In this document: one piece after another, positions 56,450 through 64,000 of the stretch
Layout of the letters: each line of letters opens with the position of its first letter
Position numbering within the stretch: the first letter of the stretch is position 1
Assembly: GCA_947569365.1 (NCBI GenBank)
Contig: CANOSM010000009.1
Location: forward strand, 538-64,537
Reading direction: 5' to 3'
DNA from: an uncultured Clostridium sp.
Lineage (GTDB): Bacteria > Bacillota > Clostridia > TANB77 > CAG-508
DNA: 64,000 nt
Position numbers and translations under genes: made by a program
The notes under the pieces: generated by a model
What the model saw: the letters and a program-made list of their open reading frames with translations, nothing else
The model's database searches: none
What the model was told of the DNA's origin: nothing

Positions 56450-57343
56450 ATGAAAAAATTTATAGTAAATATAATACAAGGATTTTCTATGGCACTAGCA
56501 GATAGTGTACCAGGAGTATCAGGAGGAACAATAGCATTTATTTTAGGATTTTATGATAAATTTATAAATTCGCTAAATGCACTTATTAGTAAAAATGGAG
56601 ATAAAAAAGATGCAATAAAATTTCTAATTAAACTCGGAATTGGCTGGTTAATTGGAATGGCAAGTGCATCACTAATATTATCCAATTTATTTGACACACA
56701 TATATATCAAATAAGTTCTTTATTTATAGGATTTATTATATTTGCAATACCATTAATTGTAAAACAAGAAAAAGAAAATCTAAAAGGAAAATATAAATGG
56801 CTAATATTCACAGTTATAGGAATTACAATTGTATCTGTTATAACATATTTAAATCGGATCTATTCGGAGATGGAACAAGTATTGATATAGCAAATTTTAA
56901 TATAGGACTAGCATTATATGTATTTATATGTCGGAATGATTGCAATATCAGCAATGATATTACCAGGAATATCTGGTTCAACACTTCTTTTAATTTTTGG
57001 ATTATACATACAAATTATAAGTGCAATAAAAGAAACATTATGTTTCAATTTGAAATTTGTACCAATTCTATTTGTATTTGGATTAGGAATAATTACTGGA
57101 ATATTGCTAATTATAAAATTAGTAAAAAAAGCATTAGAGAAATATAGAGCTCAAACAATATATTTAATAATAGGACTAATGATAGGGTCAATTTATGCAA
57201 TTATAATGGGGCCAACAACTTTAGAAATACCAAAGGAAGCTGTATCTTTAAAAACATTTAACATACTATTTTTTATAATTGGAGCAGTAATCATCTTAGG
57301 AATGGAATTTTTAAAAAACAAATTAGATAGTAATAAACAATAG
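56450..57343 (+). CDS. DUF368 (undecaprenyl-phosphate translocase family), one gene via three CGG +1 sites
   Basis: PGVSGGT and PGISGS repeats; skipping C56855, C56865, C56932 joins the three ORFs (296 aa). Confidence 0.88.
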
Positions 57344-57429
57344 AAAAATAAATAAAAATAAAGTATAATTTTAAGCAAGTTTAAAATATGGCAAAAAGCA
57401 ATAGCAAGAAAATAATAGGAGGTCTTAGG

Positions 57430-60153
57430 ATGGACAAATTAATTGTCATTGATGGTAATAGTATAGTAAATAGAGCATTTTATGGAATTATGGGGAATAA
57501 GATGCTACAAACTGCAGATGGAACATATACAAATGCTGTATATGGATTTTTAGCAATAATGTTTAAAGAAATAGAAGAAATAAATCCAAATTATATTGCA
57601 GTTGCATTTGACTTAAAAGCACCAACAGCAAGACATTTAATGTATGAAGGATATAAAGCAACAAGAAAAGGAATGCCAGAAGAACTTGCAAAACAAATGC
57701 CAATACTAAAAAAAGTTCTTAGTAGTATGAATATAGACATTATTGAAATGGAAGGATATGAAGCAGATGATATCTTAGGGACTTTAGCAAGAAAAGGAGA
57801 AGAAAAGAAAATAGAAGTAATACTTCTTACAGGAGATAGAGATTCTTTTCAGCTTGCAACAGATAATGTAAAAATATATATTCCAAGAACTAAAGCTGGG
57901 AAAACAGAAACAGAAATATTTGATAAAGCTAAAGTAATAGAAACATATGGAGTAGATCCTATTCAAATGATTGAAGTAAAAGGACTTATGGGAGATACAT
58001 CAGATAATATCCCAGGAGTGCCAGGAATAGGAGAAAAAACAGCACTTTCTATAATAAAAGAGTATGGAAATATTGATAACTTATATGAAAAAATTGAAAC
58101 AAATACAGATTCATTAAAAGGAAAACAAAGAGAAAAAATTGCTGATAATAAAGAGTTAGCAATTTTATCAAGGACACTTGGAACTATAAATGTAAATGTA
58201 CCAATTGAAAAAGAAATAGAAGATTTAAAAGTAAAAGAATGGAATAAAAAAGAAGTATTATCAATATTTGAAGAATTAAGATTTAATAGATATATAGAAA
58301 GATTTAACTTAAAAGAACAAAAAGATATAAAAAATAAAGATAATGAGAATAAGTTAAAAAATAACTATGAAATACTAGAAATAAAAGACAAAGTGGAATT
58401 AAATAATATATTTAAAGAAATAAAAAAAGAAGGAAAAATATTCTTTGATGTAGACTATAATGAATGCGAAAAATCTAGAATAAATAGAGAAATAAAAAGT
58501 ATAAGTATATCAGATGTAAATGAGAATAAAGTATATTATTGCAGTATAAATGAAATAAAAATAGAAGATTTTAAAGAGATATTTGAAGATAAAAATATTT
58601 TAAAATGTAGTAATGAACTAAAAGAATTATATATAGTACTAAAAGAAAATAATATATCTCCAGAAAACTTTATGTTTGATGTAAAAATTGCAGGATACTT
58701 ATTAAATTCAACAACAAATCTTTATAGTATAAAAGATTTAGCAAAAACATATTTAGATGAAGATATAGATAACTATGTACAAGAAAAAGAAGAAAAACAA
58801 GAGCAAATGACATTATTTGCAGAAAACTTTGATAAAGAAAATAACAATAAAATAAATGAAAAATTAATTGCTAATGCGTATTTTATATCAAAGTTATACT
58901 ATATATTAATAGAAGAACTAAAAAAACATGGAATGTATGAACTATTTTTAAATATAGAAATGCCTGTAATGGAAGTATTAGCAGAAATGCAATATGAAGG
59001 AATGTATGTAGAAAAACAAGAACTTATCGATTTTGGGCTTGATTTAAAATCAGGACTTGAAAAGTTAACATACGAAATATATGATTTAGCAGGAGAAAAT
59101 TTCAATATAAATTCACCAAAACAACTTGGAGAGTTATTATTTGAAAAATTAGGACTTACTATAGTAAAAAAGACAAAAAGTGGATATTCAACAGATGTTG
59201 ATACTTTAGAAAAAATAAAATCTGAACATCCAATTATTGAAAAAATACTAGATTATAGACAACTTATGAAATTAAATTCAACTTATGTAGATGGAATGAT
59301 TACATGCATAAATAAAAATACAGGAAGAATACATTCTAGTTTCCATCAGACAGTAACTGCAACAGGAAGAATAAGTTCAACAGAACCAAATCTTCAAAAT
59401 ATTCCAACTAGAATAGAACATGGAAAGTTACTTAGAAAAGTCTTTAAACCACAAGAAGGAAAAATATTTGTAGATGCAGACTATTCACAAATAGAACTTA
59501 GACTTTTAGCACATATTTCGGAAGATGAAGCTATGGTAGAAGCTTTTAATAATGATGAAGATATTCATAAACAAGCAGCATCTAGAGTATTTGGAGTTCC
59601 AATTGATGAGGTTACAAAAGAACTGAGAAGTAAGGCAAAAGCAGTAAACTTTGGTATAGTATATGGAATAAGTGATTTTGGTTTAGCAGAACAAATTGGA
59701 GTATCAAGAAAAGAAGCTAAAAACTATATAGAACAATATTTAGAAAAATATAATGGGATAAAAAAATTTATGTCAGAAATAATTGAAGAAACAAAAGAAA
59801 AAGGATATGTTGAAACAATATATCATAGAAGAAGATATGTTCCAGAACTTAATGCAAAAAATTATATGGTAAGAAAATTTGGCGAAAGAGCTTCTATGAA
59901 TACACCAATTCAAGGTACAGCAGCAGATATAATGAAAGTAGCTATGATAAATGTATATAGAGAATTAAAAAGAAGAAATTTAAAATCAAAATTAATACTT
60001 CAAATCCATGATGAGTTATTAATAGAAACAGATAAATCAGAACTTGAAGAAGTAAAAGAATTATTAGTTAGAAATATGGAAGAAGTAATTAAATTAAAAG
60101 TTCCTTTAAAAGCTGATGTATCTACTGGTAACAATTGGTATGAAGTAAAATAA
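57430..60153 (+). CDS. polA: DNA polymerase I
   Basis: IDGNS..RAF, EADD, TGRISS..PNLQNIP, DYSQIELR, QIHDEL. Confidence 0.97.
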   Translation: MDKLIVIDGNSIVNRAFYGIMGNKMLQTADGTYTNAVYGFLAIMFKEIEEINPNYIAVAFDLKAPTARHLMYEGYKATRKGMPEELAKQMPILKKVLSSMNIDIIEMEGYEADDILGTLARKGEEKKIEVILLTGDRDSFQLATDNVKIYIPRTKAGKTETEIFDKAKVIETYGVDPIQMIEVKGLMGDTSDNIPGVPGIGEKTALSIIKEYGNIDNLYEKIETNTDSLKGKQREKIADNKELAILSRTLGTINVNVPIEKEIEDLKVKEWNKKEVLSIFEELRFNRYIERFNLKEQKDIKNKDNENKLKNNYEILEIKDKVELNNIFKEIKKEGKIFFDVDYNECEKSRINREIKSISISDVNENKVYYCSINEIKIEDFKEIFEDKNILKCSNELKELYIVLKENNISPENFMFDVKIAGYLLNSTTNLYSIKDLAKTYLDEDIDNYVQEKEEKQEQMTLFAENFDKENNNKINEKLIANAYFISKLYYILIEELKKHGMYELFLNIEMPVMEVLAEMQYEGMYVEKQELIDFGLDLKSGLEKLTYEIYDLAGENFNINSPKQLGELLFEKLGLTIVKKTKSGYSTDVDTLEKIKSEHPIIEKILDYRQLMKLNSTYVDGMITCINKNTGRIHSSFHQTVTATGRISSTEPNLQNIPTRIEHGKLLRKVFKPQEGKIFVDADYSQIELRLLAHISEDEAMVEAFNNDEDIHKQAASRVFGVPIDEVTKELRSKAKAVNFGIVYGISDFGLAEQIGVSRKEAKNYIEQYLEKYNGIKKFMSEIIEETKEKGYVETIYHRRRYVPELNAKNYMVRKFGERASMNTPIQGTAADIMKVAMINVYRELKRRNLKSKLILQIHDELLIETDKSELEEVKELLVRNMEEVIKLKVPLKADVSTGNNWYEVK

Positions 60154-60185
60154 TAGACATATAAAAAATAAGGAGAGTTTTAATA

Positions 60186-60731
60186 TTGAATAAAAAAATA
60201 CTAATGATAATAATTCCTACTATAGTTTTAATTTTAGTAATAATTGGAACTGTAATTGGATATTATATATTAAAACAGTTGTATCCAAAAGACTACTCAG
60301 AATATGTTGAAAAATATGCAAAAGAATACAATGTAGATCCAAAATTAATATATGCAATAATAAAAGAAGAAAGTAATTTTAATAAAGATGCAAACTCACA
60401 TAAAGATGCAATTGGACTTATGCAACTTGTACAAAAGACAGCAGACGAGGCTGGAAGTAAAATAGGAATCAAGGAAATAAAGTTAAACAATCCAGAAATA
60501 AATATACAAATAGGAACAAAATATATATCAGATTTAATAAAGAAATATGATGGTAGTATAAAATTTGCAATAGTAGCATATAATGCAGGGATAGGAAATG
60601 TAGATAAATGGATTAGAGATGAAATAATTGAAGCAGATGGTAGTAATATGGAAAAGATACCATTTAAAGAAACAAATATGTACTTAAGAAAAGTACTAAG
60701 AACATATGAGCTATATAGGAAATTATATTAA
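60186..60731 (+). CDS. Lytic transglycosylase (SLT)
   Basis: IIKEES.F, A.GLMQL, AYNAG.GNV, ET..Y. Confidence 0.9.
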   Translation: MNKKILMIIIPTIVLILVIIGTVIGYYILKQLYPKDYSEYVEKYAKEYNVDPKLIYAIIKEESNFNKDANSHKDAIGLMQLVQKTADEAGSKIGIKEIKLNNPEINIQIGTKYISDLIKKYDGSIKFAIVAYNAGIGNVDKWIRDEIIEADGSNMEKIPFKETNMYLRKVLRTYELYRKLY

Positions 60732-60760
60732 TAATTATAAATTTTTTGGAAGGTAGATAA

Positions 60761-61756
60761 ATGATTTTTTATATCAGTATATTTATACTTATAATATTTT
60801 TAATTTATACAAATGCTCTTACAGATGCTCCAAATGCTATATCAACAGTAGTTGGTACTAAAGTACTTAAATTTAAGGATGCAGCTTTTATTAGTGCTAT
60901 ATTCAATCTAATTGGAATTATAGTAATGAGTATTTTAAATTTTTCAGTTGCTGATTTTATATTCTCAATGATAGATATGTCAAATAAAATTCAAGGACTT
61001 TCTATAATATTTTCAGCAATACTTTCAACAATAATATTTGCAAATGTAGCACTTCTATTTGGAATACCAACTAGTGAAACACATTCACTAATAGCAGGAA
61101 TCACAGGAGCACTTATTGCATGTAATAAGGTAGATGCAATAAGCATAGAAGAATGGACACAAATTATTATAGGACTTATAATTTCAATAGTAGGAACATA
61201 TATAGTTACTAAAATAATAAATATTGTTTCTAGAAAATATATTAAAAATAACATAAGTGATAACATAAAAAGAAAACTGCAAATATTATCTAGTGCAGGC
61301 GTATCTTTTATGCATGGTGCACAAGATGGCCAAAAGTTTATAGGTGTAGTAATTGCATATCAAATGCTTATTAGAAATGAGACTATAGTACAAAGTGTAT
61401 CACCACAAAATTATTTCTGGGTAATTGTTTTAGTTAGTGTTGTTATGTTTGTTGGAGTTGCAACAGGAGGAAAGAAGATAGTAGAAACTTTAGGAAATGA
61501 TATAACAGAACTTGATTATAAAGATGCACTAGTTAGTGATTTTTCTTCAGTTTTTATATTACTTATATCAAGTTTAAATGGAATTCCTATAAGTACTAGT
61601 CATGTAAAAACAGTATCTATTTTTGCAGCAGTAGATAAAGGAAAAAAAGTTGATTTTGGTAAGATATCAGATATTTTTAAAGCATGGATATATACATTCC
61701 CAATTGGTATTTTAATTGCTTATGTATGCATGAAAGGCTTAATGTTTATAATGTAA
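60761..61756 (+). CDS. Inorganic phosphate transporter (PiT family)
   Basis: DAPNAI.T, P.SETH, HGAQDGQK, PISTSH. Confidence 0.88.
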   Translation: MIFYISIFILIIFLIYTNALTDAPNAISTVVGTKVLKFKDAAFISAIFNLIGIIVMSILNFSVADFIFSMIDMSNKIQGLSIIFSAILSTIIFANVALLFGIPTSETHSLIAGITGALIACNKVDAISIEEWTQIIIGLIISIVGTYIVTKIINIVSRKYIKNNISDNIKRKLQILSSAGVSFMHGAQDGQKFIGVVIAYQMLIRNETIVQSVSPQNYFWVIVLVSVVMFVGVATGGKKIVETLGNDITELDYKDALVSDFSSVFILLISSLNGIPISTSHVKTVSIFAAVDKGKKVDFGKISDIFKAWIYTFPIGILIAYVCMKGLMFIM

Positions 61757-62077
61757 AGTTTATATGAAATAGTTGTATAATTAAAATAGAGAATTGCTTT
61801 AAATTTAAGAAATTAAGTTGAAAGCAATTTTTTGTTTGAAATGCAAGAATAAATTACTAAAAATTGATTTAATTATAGAATATTTCATGACAAATGTAGG
61901 CTTTTACTTATCGAAAGCCTACATTTGTGATTATAATATAAGAGAAAATAAAAGGTGTTCAAGATTATCCAAATAATTATTATTAAAATCAATTAAAAAA
62001 TATTTGAATAAAATGTTGAGAAAGCTATAAAATAATGATAAAATTATGATAATAAAATCGTAAGGAGTGAATAAATT

Positions 62078-62368
62078 ATGATCAATATAAGACCAGTATC
62101 AGACTTAAGAAATAATTATCCAGAAATTGAAAAGTTAGTTCTAAAAGAAGATGAAGCTGTTTATCTAACTAAAAATGGATATGGTTCAATGGTAGTAATG
62201 AGTTTAGAAAAATATTCAAAATTAATGAGTGATGTGGAATATAATGAATATATTGAAAATGCTCTAGACGAAGCGGAGAAACAATTAGATGATCCAAATA
62301 CAAAATACTTAACACATGAAGAAGTATTTTCAAGTGCAAGGAGAATAATAAATGGCAAAAAAGAATAA
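62078..62368 (+). CDS. Phd/YefM antitoxin
   Basis: IRPVSDLRN, VYLTKNG.G..VVMS. Confidence 0.88.
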   Translation: MINIRPVSDLRNNYPEIEKLVLKEDEAVYLTKNGYGSMVVMSLEKYSKLMSDVEYNEYIENALDEAEKQLDDPNTKYLTHEEVFSSARRIINGKKE

Positions 62369-62669
62369 TAAAATAGAATACCTTCCTTCATTTATTCAAG
62401 AACTAGATAAAATTATGTACTATATTACATATATTCTAAAAAATCCAAGAGCTGCTGAAACTTTACTTGATAATATTGATAAAGCTATTATAGATAGAAG
62501 TATAAATCCAGAGAGTTATGAGAAATACAGAAGTGACAAGAATAGAAAATACATCTGGTATCGAATTTATGTAGAAAAATATATAATTTTTTATACAGTT
62601 ATAGATAATAATATAATGGAAGTAGCTCATATATTATATAACAGAAGAGATTTTAATAAATTAATTTAA
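62352..62669 (+). CDS. RelE/ParE family toxin
   Basis: Overlaps antitoxin; YR..V.KYIIFY, HILY..R. Confidence 0.85.
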   Translation: MAKKNNKIEYLPSFIQELDKIMYYITYILKNPRAAETLLDNIDKAIIDRSINPESYEKYRSDKNRKYIWYRIYVEKYIIFYTVIDNNIMEVAHILYNRRDFNKLI

Positions 62670-62712
62670 AAGTATAGTATTCAAAATAGAAAAATAATTT
62701 ATAAAATGAATT

Positions 62713-62737
62713 AAGCTCCCATTGAAGGGAGCTTTTG
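62713..62737. terminator. Terminator hairpin
   Basis: AAGCTCCC-attgaa-GGGAGCTTTT. Confidence 0.7.
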
Positions 62738-62750
62738 TGAATAAAAATTA

Positions 62751-63077
62751 TTAGAAAATATTTTTTACTTTATATATTATAAATTTAAATATATTTGAAT
62801 AATATGAAGCTACTACAAACAATCCATATTTTTCATCTTCCTTTATAACATATGAAGTTTTCGCTTTTGTAAGCATGTGTTTCAATTTTAGGTGTGGATT
62901 TTTCATTACGAAATACCACATATTATAATCTTGTGTATTTTTGGGAATGTCAAAGTATTCCTTTCCTGATGTATTGCTATATCCATTAATTTTTCTCTTT
63001 TGTATTAAATCTTCAACATATTTTTCTGCCCGTATTATGTCGAGATAATTTTTTTGAAGTTTCATATTTTTCTCCAT
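62751..63077 (-). CDS. Hypothetical protein
   Basis: 108-aa ORF; contains an in-frame CGG-G at codon 16. Confidence 0.55.
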   Translation of the reverse strand: MEKNMKLQKNYLDIIRAEKYVEDLIQKRKINGYSNTSGKEYFDIPKNTQDYNMWYFVMKNPHLKLKHMLTKAKTSYVIKEDEKYGLFVVASYYSNIFKFIIYKVKNIF

Positions 63078-63327
63078 TTCTTTCTTATTGTAATAAATAT
63101 ATTACAATAAGAATCTTATAATTATGACATGTATCTTAAGTATATTATAATATATGTGAGGGAATATTGCAATTGAAAAGAATTTATATTGAAAAGAATT
63201 TATATTTAAATTGTAATATTATATATGTTATGCTAAAATACTAAAAACTAATATTAATTTTCAATAGATTTAGAAGACTATTAAATTAATATACTAAAAT
63301 ATAATGAATAGTAAGGAAGATAAGGAT

Positions 63328-64000
63328 ATGGAAAATAATTTATTAGGAAAGGTTATTATTATCACTGGTGGAAGTGATGGATTAGGAAGAGAGACAGCTA
63401 AACTTTTATCAAAAGAAAATACTGTGATAATTTTAGGTAGAGATAAAGATAGATTAGAAACATCAAACTTTGATAATTATATTTGTGATGTAACAAAACC
63501 AAAAGAAGCAGAAGAAGTAATATCTAAGATTTATAGTAAATATGGTAGAATAGATTGCTTTATAAATAATGCTGGAACATGGATTGTTGGAAAACTAGAA
63601 GATAATAGTTTTGATAAGATTAGTGAAGTAATTGATGTTAATGTAAAAGGTGTAATTAATATGACTAAAATAGTTGTACCTTATATGAAAAAACAAGGAA
63701 ATGGTTTAATTATAAATGTTGATTCAACAGCAGGAGTTAACTGGAAGGAAAACTATTCTGTATATACATCTTCTAAATGGGCAATTACAGGATTTACTAA
63801 AGCAATGCAAAGTGAATTATTAAAGCAAGGAATACGAGTAGAGGGATTTTATCCAGGAACAATTAGAACTAGATTATTTGAGAAAAATGGTTTACCAGAT
63901 AAAGACTTAACTAATGCACTTAAAATTAGTACAGCAGCTAAAGCTATTAAATTTATGATAGATCAAGATGATGATGTAGTAATTACAGACTTAGGAATAA
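63328..64000 (+). CDS. SDR family oxidoreductase (runs off the window end)
   Basis: TGGSDGLG, NNAG, YTSSKW. Confidence 0.88.
   Translation, partial: MENNLLGKVIIITGGSDGLGRETAKLLSKENTVIILGRDKDRLETSNFDNYICDVTKPKEAEEVISKIYSKYGRIDCFINNAGTWIVGKLEDNSFDKISEVIDVNVKGVINMTKIVVPYMKKQGNGLIINVDSTAGVNWKENYSVYTSSKWAITGFTKAMQSELLKQGIRVEGFYPGTIRTRLFEKNGLPDKDLTNALKISTAAKAIKFMIDQDDDVVITDLGI

Noticed and set aside
63172-63203. 16-bp tandem duplication ATTGAAAAGAATTTAT
   Set aside because: Only two adjacent copies with no spacer in AT-rich intergenic DNA; not a CRISPR array

Overview
Very AT-rich chromosomal window from a Clostridia-like bacterium. It carries housekeeping genes (thyX, ftsY, pgsA, ligA, polA, rnpB, tRNA-Asn, tRNA-Thr) among many accessory and decayed genes. 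An ~11 kb mobilisable island is integrated at the 3' end of tRNA-Asn (14-bp direct repeat) and encodes a large serine recombinase, TnpV, MobC/relaxase, DUF1016 and a DUF4297-HerA anti-phage pair. The main observation is a recurring apparent +1 frameshift with one signature. At nine sites in five genes (ligA, an ABC ATPase, DUF368 x3, an NrdD-like gene, the island recombinase x3) the frame breaks exactly at an in-frame CGG codon. Skipping one base, i.e. reading C-GGN as Gly, restores the frame and, at most sites, a family-conserved glycine motif. This suggests a recoding rule in which CGG(A/C/U) acts as a 4-nt Gly codon or +1 shift signal. A sequencing artefact has to be excluded with reads. 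Other findings are a catalytically dead NrdD paralogue, matching DNA palindromes in and upstream of DUF1016 genes, and related small genes sitting directly behind both tRNAs. Family assignments come from motif recognition by eye, not from database searches.
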